Shown: piece by piece, positions 17,856 to 26,621 of the stretch
How positions within the stretch are numbered: the first letter of the stretch is position 1
How the letters are laid out: every line of letters begins with the position of its first letter
IMG/VR virus record: IMGVR_UViG_3300014613_000067
Location: 1-32,494 of that record
Strand: one strand, 5' to 3'
Source of the DNA: a virus
Lineage: Duplodnaviria > Caudoviricetes
DNA length: 32,494 bases
Made by a program: the position numbers and the translations under genes
Notes under the pieces: model-generated
Told to the model about the DNA's origin: nothing
The model's database searches: none
What the model saw: the letters and a program-made list of their open reading frames with translations, nothing else

Positions 17856-19406
17856 TTAATCGACCTTGAGTTTTTCGTACTCCTCTTTCCCCTGCTCATT
17901 AATATTCTCCCAGGCGGATACGATATTCTTGAGCTGATCTATAAGCTGCAGCTCATCAAGATATGCCGTCTCTGAGATCTCTTTTTTGAGATATGCCTGG
18001 GCGGAGGCCTCCTCCGCTGTAATAAGATCCGCCAGGTTATTCTTTTGCCCCTTCAGGAACATGGGCCTCCGCAACCCATGAATCGATCGGCGCAGATCGG
18101 AGGTATAGGAATTCACTACTGTTTTTGAAGCGTTCCCAGGCTCCATGCCCGAATCTATCAGTGTGTTGAACCTGTCCATGGCCTCGGCATATTTGAGGTG
18201 TTTGTCCTGGCTCCATCTGTCGGCTTCAGAAGGTTCCAGGGCGCGTGCGACAAAGGAGACCGCATCTTCATATTCTTTCTTTACAACCTGCCCTATCATT
18301 GTGATGTAAGTCCCATCTTTTATATCACCCCTTTGAAGGGCGGCCTTCAGGAGCGGGCGTGCATCCCTTCCTCTTTCTATCTCCTCCTGGATCTCTCCGA
18401 GGACTATCGGATTGTTTTCCTGGGGAGTCTTTTCGGGTTTCTCCATCCTGTCTCTGATGTTTATATAAGCGCCCTCGCTGATCTCCCTTGCGCTGGCTAT
18501 CTCTTCAAGCATTTCAAAGGTCATCGTCTTATTAAAAAACCCCTGATATGCCTGGTAATCGCTGTTTTCAATAAGTTGTGTCCTGATCTTTTCTATCTCT
18601 TTTTCGGCATCTTCCTGCTGTTTGATCTGTTGTTTAAGATTGGCCTGGTGAAGTCTAAGCGCATGATCACTCAGTGTAATCTTGTCTCCTGGGGTCAGAG
18701 AGGGGTAATCATCCGGATTGAATTTTTCTGGATTCCTCCTTAAATCCTGCCCCGCCCTGGTCCTCTCCGTAGTCTCTGAAAATTTGATTAGGTTTTCCCC
18801 CGCCTCCTGTGCCGTGATATAACCGGCGCTGAAGTTTTCGGCGGTGGCTACCTTAAATCGTTGGATAATGTCCTCCCGGCCCCCTTCGTCCTCGCCGGAA
18901 AAAAGTTTTTCATAGCTGTCTTTGGCATTGAAATAACTGGCCCGGCCAAAATCTGCCGTCTTCTTTCTGACAATTCCCCCGATCTTGACGCCCCCCTCCA
19001 GGTGCATCTTGACCAGGTCGTTGGTCAGGGCCTGAAACACATTGTCATCTAAATTCTTTTCTTCGTATCCCTTTTGTATGCCCCCTATCAGGTTATCCCA
19101 CTCAGCCTCGAAGTTTTTATAATCGTTCCTGCCCGCTAAACCCTTCTCAAAATCTGTTACCTGTTTCAGGGTATCGAGCTGGGTATTGTTCAGCTCGGTT
19201 ATCTGGCTCGCCTTATGCCACTTCTCCGCAAGCTCTGTTGCAATATCCGCTACCTTGCTCAGCTCACCCGCTGCCTGCCCTGCGCCAGAAGAAAAAGATT
19301 CCGCCTCTGCATGGATACCGGGAGGAATCCCGGGAATAGAGACCGGTCCGCCTTGCAGCCTGCCCAGGTTGATATCATCCCTTCTATATGTTGGTATGAC
19401 TGGCAT
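17856..19406 (-). CDS. Internal virion (ejection) protein
   Basis: MPVIPTY start; helical; gp15-like position. Confidence 0.7.
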   Translation of the reverse strand: MPVIPTYRRDDINLGRLQGGPVSIPGIPPGIHAEAESFSSGAGQAAGELSKVADIATELAEKWHKASQITELNNTQLDTLKQVTDFEKGLAGRNDYKNFEAEWDNLIGGIQKGYEEKNLDDNVFQALTNDLVKMHLEGGVKIGGIVRKKTADFGRASYFNAKDSYEKLFSGEDEGGREDIIQRFKVATAENFSAGYITAQEAGENLIKFSETTERTRAGQDLRRNPEKFNPDDYPSLTPGDKITLSDHALRLHQANLKQQIKQQEDAEKEIEKIRTQLIENSDYQAYQGFFNKTMTFEMLEEIASAREISEGAYINIRDRMEKPEKTPQENNPIVLGEIQEEIERGRDARPLLKAALQRGDIKDGTYITMIGQVVKKEYEDAVSFVARALEPSEADRWSQDKHLKYAEAMDRFNTLIDSGMEPGNASKTVVNSYTSDLRRSIHGLRRPMFLKGQKNNLADLITAEEASAQAYLKKEISETAYLDELQLIDQLKNIVSAWENINEQGKEEYEKLKVD

Positions 19407-19420
19407 AGCTCAATATAACT

Positions 19421-20062
19421 TTAGAACCCCGTTAATAATGATTGGTCTTGCTTTTTCTTGCTTTTATTATAAACATCAGCTACCTTTGACGCCCCTGTCA
19501 GTATCGTTGTCCCTGCCTGATAGGTACCTGCCCGTCCCGCCTGCGCTCCCTGCATCCGATTGAGGGCCGCCCCGGATCGCAATACATCGGACGTGCTTGC
19601 ACCCGCGATCATGGCGGTATCTGCGCCCGTCTGATACTGCCATGCCTTATACTTCCAGTTGTAGGCCTCTGTCTCTCCCCGGCGCAATATACCCAGGCGG
19701 TCGTAATCCACCTCCAGCATGGTCTGGACCAGGACATCGATCGGGGTTCCCTCCAGCAAGATACCGGCCTTGCCGTATTTAGCCTTTTGTGCGGCTATTA
19801 ACCGGCGGCCTTCTTCACCCTTTTTTTGGGCTTCCTCTTCAGCTTCCGTCGTGGCCACGGCGGCGTTATACTCTGCATACTCGACCTGTTGTCTGGCAAC
19901 GTCCGCCTCGCGCTTTGCGTTATACTCCGCCCACTGGGCCTGGTTCTCTCCCACAAGGGCGTTATATTCCCTCGCCTCTTCCTGCTCCTTCCCTTGCTGG
20001 TATTGGCTATAGGCGGCTGTAGCGGCGCTGAGGATTGTCATAATGACCAGGAAAACTTCCAT
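19421..20062 (-). CDS. Internal virion protein (gp14-like)
   Basis: Ala/Gln-rich; QKAKYGKAGILLEGTP. Confidence 0.75.
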   Translation of the reverse strand: MEVFLVIMTILSAATAAYSQYQQGKEQEEAREYNALVGENQAQWAEYNAKREADVARQQVEYAEYNAAVATTEAEEEAQKKGEEGRRLIAAQKAKYGKAGILLEGTPIDVLVQTMLEVDYDRLGILRRGETEAYNWKYKAWQYQTGADTAMIAGASTSDVLRSGAALNRMQGAQAGRAGTYQAGTTILTGASKVADVYNKSKKKQDQSLLTGF

Positions 20063-20081
20063 AATTTATCTACCTATTCCT

Positions 20082-22340
20082 TTAGTCCTCTGTCGTAACC
20101 TTCACAACAATTGACCGTATAGTTAAGGGTAGCGGTTCGTCCTGGACTACGGTAATGTAGCCCTCCTTTTCATATCCGCCCGGATAACTTATCTCCTTGT
20201 CCCCGGTAAAAAGATTGGTAGTGCCGCTTTCGGTCACTACGTCTAAAAGCTTATCTTCGTTCGGACCTACTGCAAAATTCTTTGTCTTATAAAGTCGTAG
20301 TATCGCCTTTGATATGCGCTTTATCCTGCCCTGGGACGTGCCGCCGTCCTCGGCGGGCGCTTCCAGACGCATGGTTTTGAGCGTGGCGGTATAAGGGAGT
20401 CCTATATGGACTTTGCTCGCCGCTTCCAGGATGCTGAAATTTCCGTCCGCGTCTACGGCGGCGCTCGTCACGCCTCCATCGGCCAGGACGCTGACCCCTG
20501 AGTCTCCATAAATAGTCGCTCCGGTTAAAGCCGTAACCGGGGACCCGGAATAGCTGAGGCTTCCGTCCAGGAGAATCGCGTCTGCAAGGTCTGTGCCGGT
20601 AAAGTGGGGGTTCAGGACTTCGATGAATCTTTTCTCATCTCCGTTTATAATTCTTTTGACAACCACATAGAGATCGTCTTGCATGTCTCCCGGTATAACG
20701 GCGGCGCTCTCAAACGAGCCTTGCGTAGTGTGGCGATGCCATGCGAATACCTCATGCTCCGGCAAATAGGTCAAACCTAATAAATTCCCATCCGCCCTGG
20801 TGGCCCACAAAACGCTGAAAGGTTCCTGTTGAAACGCCAGCTCGGATACACCGCTCTCCGTGATATGTTCCGCCAGAACAGTCATGTCGGGCGCTACATA
20901 TCCGGCGCTCTCCCAGTTATAGGAAAGCTTCCTGATCTTCCTCCGTGCCGACTGTATAAAAAGGATATCCTTGCCGATATTTGCGGCCATGCGGTTATAG
21001 GACCCGTATACCAGCTCTCGCTTGGCCGTGATATTTGTCGGGATAATGGGATCATCCGGATCTGTGGCGCTGATACGCCACTCCCCTGCGGTTGTGCCCA
21101 TGGTGAGATAAATAGATGGCACAAGCCACTGAATAGCGTTTACCTGGTCTGATGCCAGGGTGATAATAATAGCGTCGTCATCCAATACTCCGGTGGTAAA
21201 ATCGGTAAAATCCCCGGATTTGGATATCCATACCGTGTTGGGTTCGGTGTTGGTGTTGGCAAATATCAGCCGGTTTTCATGGAAGGTGCAGCATGAGGGG
21301 TAATCATCGGCCCCGGTAAAGGGGTCGGCTGTAAAGGCGCTGGCCCCGCTTATCGAGGTAAGGGCAAAATTGGTGTGGCCGCTCCTCTCAAGTATGTAGA
21401 CATCATAATCCGGGTGGGTCAGGTACATTACATCGGCGCTCTGGCACCATTTCAGATCATCAAGATCCCCTTCCTGATAGGGTGTTTCTATTTCATAGGC
21501 GGGATCAGCTTGTTTAATTTCAATTTCATCAAAATAATGGGTAACCCCGGAGCCGCCGCCGCCTTTCACCTCCAGTGTTATTTCGGCGGTTGATGCGTTT
21601 GCATAAAAATCAAAAGTGTGTTCCGTCCAGGCGGCCGGTGGGGACGATAATCCGGATTCGTATATCCTGTCTAAACCTACCCATAATGTCACCTCAATAT
21701 AATAAGGGGGTGCGTTGGAAACTCCTGATCCCGCTTTGACAGCCCAATGAAATTGATGTTTTTCACCCTCCTCGATCGGTATATCACTCTGTTCAACAAC
21801 ACCCCACTGACCTCCACCGGTCCCATTTAACGCCAGGCAATGTCCAGTTACCCCCCCTGCCACACTACTTGCATAACCCCTGACCAAAGTCCAGTCCGTA
21901 ACCCCTGCGCCGAAATCGCCATTTGAGACCGCATTAGAGGACCAGGGATCACCGCTCAGGATCTGCCCCTGGTTCATATAGAACCGCATGTACTCCTCGC
22001 CTGCCTCGATAATATAGGCCTGCTCGGTGGAAAATTCAAAAGGGATCAAACGACATTTCTTGTCGTAATTTTTGACTTTTGCCACATGGGCGAATCCCGG
22101 CCGCTTGGTCGCAGGACCGTGCGGGTACACAAAGAAGTTTTCAAGCTCAATGCAGCCGCTCTGATATTTTGCCATATCGGTGCGGCCTTCCATGAGAGGG
22201 GAAAGCTCGCCCGAGGTGAAGTTGGTTATGGCAATATGGGTATCTAACGCATAGGAGCAGGGGGCAAAGAGCGGGGCGCAAAAAGCCAGAATAGATATGA
22301 CTAATAGGGTGATATTTCTTTTTTTTGCGCTAAATGACAT
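20082..22340 (-). CDS. Tail tubular protein B / nozzle (T7 gp12-like) with signal peptide and CBM-like insertion
   Basis: TNFTSGELSP, KRPG, RLIPFEFS, QSADVMY, FHENRLIFA, AWHRH, HIGLPY. Confidence 0.9.
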   Translation of the reverse strand: MSFSAKKRNITLLVISILAFCAPLFAPCSYALDTHIAITNFTSGELSPLMEGRTDMAKYQSGCIELENFFVYPHGPATKRPGFAHVAKVKNYDKKCRLIPFEFSTEQAYIIEAGEEYMRFYMNQGQILSGDPWSSNAVSNGDFGAGVTDWTLVRGYASSVAGGVTGHCLALNGTGGGQWGVVEQSDIPIEEGEKHQFHWAVKAGSGVSNAPPYYIEVTLWVGLDRIYESGLSSPPAAWTEHTFDFYANASTAEITLEVKGGGGSGVTHYFDEIEIKQADPAYEIETPYQEGDLDDLKWCQSADVMYLTHPDYDVYILERSGHTNFALTSISGASAFTADPFTGADDYPSCCTFHENRLIFANTNTEPNTVWISKSGDFTDFTTGVLDDDAIIITLASDQVNAIQWLVPSIYLTMGTTAGEWRISATDPDDPIIPTNITAKRELVYGSYNRMAANIGKDILFIQSARRKIRKLSYNWESAGYVAPDMTVLAEHITESGVSELAFQQEPFSVLWATRADGNLLGLTYLPEHEVFAWHRHTTQGSFESAAVIPGDMQDDLYVVVKRIINGDEKRFIEVLNPHFTGTDLADAILLDGSLSYSGSPVTALTGATIYGDSGVSVLADGGVTSAAVDADGNFSILEAASKVHIGLPYTATLKTMRLEAPAEDGGTSQGRIKRISKAILRLYKTKNFAVGPNEDKLLDVVTESGTTNLFTGDKEISYPGGYEKEGYITVVQDEPLPLTIRSIVVKVTTED

Positions 22341-22351
22341 CTCCGGGATCC

Positions 22352-22393
22352 TCAATCTTCATTCTTCAATAATCAATTTTCAATATTCAAAAC
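22352..22393. repeat. 7-mer tandem repeat (TCAATNT x6)
   Basis: tcaatct tcattct tcaataa tcaattt tcaatat tcaaaac. Confidence 0.8.
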
Positions 22394-23193
22394 CTTCCAG
22401 CCGTCTGCCAGCTATTAAGTTCTCTCTCGTCAACCTGCTTGCCCTTCCGTGCCTCGATGGCCATGATATCCAATCGGGCCTTATTCAGCTCAATGCCGAT
22501 CTGCTGTGTTAATGTCTTCGAGGCGGCCAGTTTTTGACAGAATTGATATGCCAGGGTGAGGTAAAGCACATAGATAAAGGAAGGGCTGAATTTGGTCGTA
22601 TCCGTTATTTGTGCGATATATTCCAGGTCGATCGCATCGTCATTGACAAGCAGGTATTTCTCCTCGATGTCATAGTCGGCGGCGCTGTCATAGAGTTTGT
22701 GATCTTTCAGGAAATCAGAGGGCAGGCTGTACTCATACTCGAACTCAAATGGCGGCCTGAGTCTCACCTTGCCGCCTGACGTGTACGCGCCAAAGGCGGT
22801 GCCGTCCACGTCTTCCAGCTCAAAGGTATCTGTGGCCACATTAGCGATGCGGTAGGTATTGGTGTTTAAATCGGTCATGCCCCCCACGTCGGATATATAG
22901 ACATGGCGATAATCGGTAAAGCCATGTCCGGCGCATGTGATGACAACGGGATCGGCCTGGGTGGCCCCGGTAATGTCTTTTATCTGGTCATCGGAATCTA
23001 TGCTGATACGGCGCCTTGCGAACGGCCAGGGGAACATCTCCAGGACCTCGTCCCGCTTCTGTTCATAAAGCAGGTTGGCAAGCAGGGCATAGGGCTCGCT
23101 GCCCGTAAAGTTGGGGGGTTGGGCGCTCTCCTCAATCATGAAGTCCCCGATCCTGGCCAGTGCCATGTTGCATATATCTTTGGCTGTTGCCAT
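22387..23193 (-). CDS. Tail tubular protein A / adaptor (T7 gp11-like) with FCCH-like insertion
   Basis: DICNMALARIG, PWPFARRR, YSLPSDFL. Confidence 0.9.
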   Translation of the reverse strand: MATAKDICNMALARIGDFMIEESAQPPNFTGSEPYALLANLLYEQKRDEVLEMFPWPFARRRISIDSDDQIKDITGATQADPVVITCAGHGFTDYRHVYISDVGGMTDLNTNTYRIANVATDTFELEDVDGTAFGAYTSGGKVRLRPPFEFEYEYSLPSDFLKDHKLYDSAADYDIEEKYLLVNDDAIDLEYIAQITDTTKFSPSFIYVLYLTLAYQFCQKLAASKTLTQQIGIELNKARLDIMAIEARKGKQVDERELNSWQTAGRF

Positions 23194-23199
23194 TTTTTT

Positions 23200-23493
23200 T
23201 TACCCTTTTTTCTTTTGCATTTTGGGATACAGGTCGTCGGCATTGTCGGCGGGGATCCCCGTGGGTTCGATCTTGCATTTTGATGGTTTGACCGAGAACC
23301 TTTTCCCCTTATCCCATTCATACTCGTCTTTGCTGATGGATTTTACTGTGCCCTCCAGGGTAATCCTCACCTTGCCGTCGATCGTCATCTCGTTGAAACC
23401 CTTGGGTTCCACGCCCGAGCCTTTTGGGAAATTCAGATTGACCATAGGCGGATCTTTGCTTTTCGTGGCCATAATGGGTTGGTCTCCTTTCAT
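23200..23493 (-). CDS. Hypothetical protein
   Basis: ORF in the operon; may start at MATKSKD. Confidence 0.7.
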   Translation of the reverse strand: MKGDQPIMATKSKDPPMVNLNFPKGSGVEPKGFNEMTIDGKVRITLEGTVKSISKDEYEWDKGKRFSVKPSKCKIEPTGIPADNADDLYPKMQKKKG

Positions 23494-23511
23494 GGTTTAC
23501 CCTCTCCCGGC

Positions 23512-24027
23512 TTAACTGCCGCCGTGCACCGCTGCTACTTTGTCTGCCAAAAACGGGGGGAGGGTCCGCTGGTTCTCTTCATCTATCAGTTTGCTGGCCT
23601 CCAGCTCGTCTACTGCGTCACGGATCAACTGGAAATGCTTTGGCACCTCGTCGCCCTCAAATGCGTAATAATCTTCGCCCGGGTAATATAACTTGCAGGT
23701 GGCAGGTTTTGTGGGGCTTACCGGATGATGACATTTTTTGACACATTTATATCTCAATCGCTTGCGTGCCGGCGTAATGGGTACCGGATCCTTCAGGCTT
23801 TCCTCTGACTTTCCGGCCATGGCTGCCTCCCGCTCTGCAACTTCATTCAAGCGTGTTTCAATGTCATTTTTCCTGTCTTCTATCGCAGACTTCTGTGCCT
23901 CCAGGTTATCCTCTTTGTCCTGCAGGGCCATCTCCCTTTTCTCTACCTCGACCATGCGGCTGAGGATATCCTCTTCCAGGGCTGTCAGCATCATCTGCTT
24001 GTCCTCAAGCTCGTCTTTTTTTGCCAT
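23512..24027 (-). CDS. Coiled-coil hypothetical protein
   Basis: ORF; RBS GGAGAAGGG. Confidence 0.75.
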   Translation of the reverse strand: MAKKDELEDKQMMLTALEEDILSRMVEVEKREMALQDKEDNLEAQKSAIEDRKNDIETRLNEVAEREAAMAGKSEESLKDPVPITPARKRLRYKCVKKCHHPVSPTKPATCKLYYPGEDYYAFEGDEVPKHFQLIRDAVDELEASKLIDEENQRTLPPFLADKVAAVHGGS

Positions 24028-24085
24028 TTTTCCCTTCTCCTTTCTTTGAGATAAAGAGCCGGGGCAGGATATTTAACTCCCCGCC

Positions 24086-24113
24086 CCATGCTCCATGCTC
24101 CATGCTTCATGGC
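24086..24113. repeat. 7-mer tandem repeat (CCATGCT x4) beside a terminator-like hairpin
   Basis: ccatgct ccatgct ccatgct tcatggc. Confidence 0.8.
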
Positions 24114-24119
24114 CCGGTT

Positions 24120-24548
24120 TTACAGGCCATTGAAAAAGCTGATCTTTTCGTAATTATTGGACTGTTTATCAATCACAACATTTGCGTCAAGATTGCCCGC
24201 CGTAAAAGGACCGGTAGTTACGGTGTAATAGAGCCTCACATACCGGTCCGTGTTCTCCGGTATGGGGGGCAGCTCAATAGCGTAGCCTGCTACCAGCGCC
24301 GCCTTGGCCAGGGCGGCTGTTGCCCAGTGTGTCGTAGAACTGCCAAAAGTTGAATCGTCACTGCTCTGCAGCGATATGGTCAGTGTGGTTGCGCCGGCAG
24401 AGGTAAAGGTTGTCGTAACAGCGCATTGAATGGGCAGGGGTCTCCCGGCCCCGATAAAATCGGTTTGGGTATCCCATATGTCCTCACTGTCATCTGTTAC
24501 CGTAATGGCCTGTGCATTGCTTAACTCGGTATGTCCATCTAATAACAT
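24120..24548 (-). CDS. Capsid cement protein (Bbp16-like)
   Basis: MLLD...SNAQAIT...RYVRLYYTV...GPFTAG; follows the MCP. Confidence 0.85.
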   Translation of the reverse strand: MLLDGHTELSNAQAITVTDDSEDIWDTQTDFIGAGRPLPIQCAVTTTFTSAGATTLTISLQSSDDSTFGSSTTHWATAALAKAALVAGYAIELPPIPENTDRYVRLYYTVTTGPFTAGNLDANVVIDKQSNNYEKISFFNGL

Positions 24549-24613
24549 TTTGCTTATCCTCCTTTCGCAAGGATTTTCTGATTAAATGTTAAATACTTCG
24601 ATCAAGAAACGAC

Positions 24614-25603
24614 CTATGCCGCTACCAGGGCGGTCTCTGTGTTCAACAGTTGGTCCACCTTACGGACCGGGATACCCCAAAACTTGGTGACCGGGTTCCC
24701 GAAAGCATCATCAACCTGCGTGAAAAAGCGGTTGTTGCTGTCAGATGCGGCGATATCCATCTGTGTCTTGATGGTCTCGTTGACGTAGATGGCCGGCTTG
24801 CAAAGTTTCATGTTGGGTATTTTGTTATAGGCCTGGATCAGATACTTATGATCAAACGTGTTGGCGTCTCCGGCGGTCTCCACGTTGCATACCCTGACGA
24901 TATAGCGCCAGTCCTGTACGCAAAGCCCGGTCTTCCACTCCCACCAACTCACAAATGCCAGATACTCCCCGGCCGGTGTCTGGTCGTCGGATACCAGGAT
25001 AGGCTCGCCCTTACCCACATCGGTATGCTGGATACCGGCCTTGGTGCCCTTGGGGAAAATCATGTGGACGGTGTTCTCTCCCCAGCCTACCAGCCAGATG
25101 CTCGTTACATCGCTGCCGCTCCCGCCGTTATTGATCACGTTCGGGGCATCCGAGTATGGATACCTGGCGGCCATCCCCAGGAACTTCTCCGGGGTCAGGT
25201 CGGTATCGTAATAAAAAATACCGCCTGCCAGGTCCTGGTTCATGGCGCTGATATAGGGTTTTTCCTCTGCCAGCCTGGCAAGTGTGGTGCCGCCGTTCAG
25301 TTCGACGAGCCCCTTGTCCGCCTTGGCCAGGGCGCTGAGCATGCCGCATGTGTCTGTGACCTGAATGGTGGTAAACTTGCTCGGCTGAATACCACGATTG
25401 AGCTTGCGCCAGGTGACGGTCGGCTGCCCGGTCAAAACGGTGGTCTGATGACCGGTCGGAAGATTACCCTCTTTGAAGAGGGCATCTTCCAATACCTCAT
25501 TGGTCTCACTGAGGATGTCGACTATTTTGGCTATCTTGCCGTCCGGGCCGATCCGCTTGGCCCAGTCTGCAAGGGTGTATACATTGGTTCCGATAGTTCC
25601 CAT
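24614..25603 (-). CDS. Major capsid protein (BPP-1 Bbp17-like)
   Basis: TLADWAKR, EGNLPTGH, TSIWLVGWG, DWRYIVRVCN, GIPVRKVD. Confidence 0.92.
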   Translation of the reverse strand: MGTIGTNVYTLADWAKRIGPDGKIAKIVDILSETNEVLEDALFKEGNLPTGHQTTVLTGQPTVTWRKLNRGIQPSKFTTIQVTDTCGMLSALAKADKGLVELNGGTTLARLAEEKPYISAMNQDLAGGIFYYDTDLTPEKFLGMAARYPYSDAPNVINNGGSGSDVTSIWLVGWGENTVHMIFPKGTKAGIQHTDVGKGEPILVSDDQTPAGEYLAFVSWWEWKTGLCVQDWRYIVRVCNVETAGDANTFDHKYLIQAYNKIPNMKLCKPAIYVNETIKTQMDIAASDSNNRFFTQVDDAFGNPVTKFWGIPVRKVDQLLNTETALVAA

Positions 25604-25608
25604 TGTTG

Positions 25609-26334
25609 CTACCCTCCTTTATTTGCTGCTTTCATTTCGGGGAAAATTTGATCCGCCGGGCTCTCATCCTCTGCTCCTCCTCCTCGATCTCCGGTAAGCA
25701 GTTTATCCTCGTCAATAAACCCTTTTAGCTTTTCAATCTCGGAGGAGATTTTAAAGCAGAACTCGACTAACCTGGGATTATCGCCCAGCCCGCTTGTTTC
25801 CAGAAACTTCGCAAAGTCCTCGCCTCCATGCTCCAGGGCGATTGCCATTGCGTTTTCTGCATTCTTCGAATAATCGTTTCCCCATTTTCCCTGAAGGGCT
25901 TTGACCTGGTCGTCGTGATACGTCTTGCGTTTTGTCTGCAAGTCTTCGAATACCTTGACGGCCTCCTCGTTATATGTCGAAAACAGCTTCTCACCCGCTG
26001 CCTTGCTGAGGCCCAGGTCGTGGATGACCTTACGGAATTTCTGCTCTCCCTCCTTGTCGTAAGGCATGCCCTCCGGGAGTTGCGGCTCCGGTAATGCGTA
26101 GCCGTCCGGGGTTTCGGGTCGTCCCAGTCTGTTATAGAAGGTTGCCCGGTCTTCGTCGGTGGCCTTATCCCCTAACAGTTGGACGGAGTTTGCGGTCCTC
26201 CCATGCAGGTCAATAAAACTCTTCCCCAGATCGCCTATGGTTTCGTACTGGGTCAGTGTTTCGTTGCCCTTGAGGTCGTCCGGTAATTGCGCCGCCCATG
26301 CGGGTGGTGTTCCGCCGTTATTTACATCTGCCAT
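25609..26334 (-). CDS. Capsid assembly / scaffolding protein
   Basis: LGRPETPDGY, WGNDY, GLGDNP; lies between portal and MCP. Confidence 0.8.
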   Translation of the reverse strand: MADVNNGGTPPAWAAQLPDDLKGNETLTQYETIGDLGKSFIDLHGRTANSVQLLGDKATDEDRATFYNRLGRPETPDGYALPEPQLPEGMPYDKEGEQKFRKVIHDLGLSKAAGEKLFSTYNEEAVKVFEDLQTKRKTYHDDQVKALQGKWGNDYSKNAENAMAIALEHGGEDFAKFLETSGLGDNPRLVEFCFKISSEIEKLKGFIDEDKLLTGDRGGGAEDESPADQIFPEMKAANKGG

Positions 26335-26620
26335 GGTTACTCTCCTCTCGTAATTTAATAGGGTATTTTTTGGCTATATCAATAAGCGCTATGGTAATGG
26401 GCATAATAGTCTGGTGCTGCAATACGCCCATGTCTTCTAATATTTTTACTGCCACATTCCGCTTTATTCTTTCCTCCTCGGTCTTGCACTCGCTGAAAAA
26501 GTAATTCTTAGTTAAAATATCTGCAAGAATCCTGGTCAAAGCCGGTGTCGAAAAGGCCGCCTGATAATCCCTTGACCGGTTTTCAATCATATTTTCATAT
26601 GCTGTTTTCTCGCCTGCCAC
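26318..26620 (-). CDS. Bbp19-like small protein
   Basis: DYQAAFST...ILADI; directly follows the portal. Confidence 0.65.
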   Translation of the reverse strand: MAGEKTAYENMIENRSRDYQAAFSTPALTRILADILTKNYFFSECKTEEERIKRNVAVKILEDMGVLQHQTIMPITIALIDIAKKYPIKLREESNHGRCK

Positions 26621-26621
26621 C

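Noticed and set aside
19421-20062. Signal peptide on the gp14-like protein
   Set aside because: No basic n-region; hydrophobic Ala-rich N-termini are normal for ejection proteins
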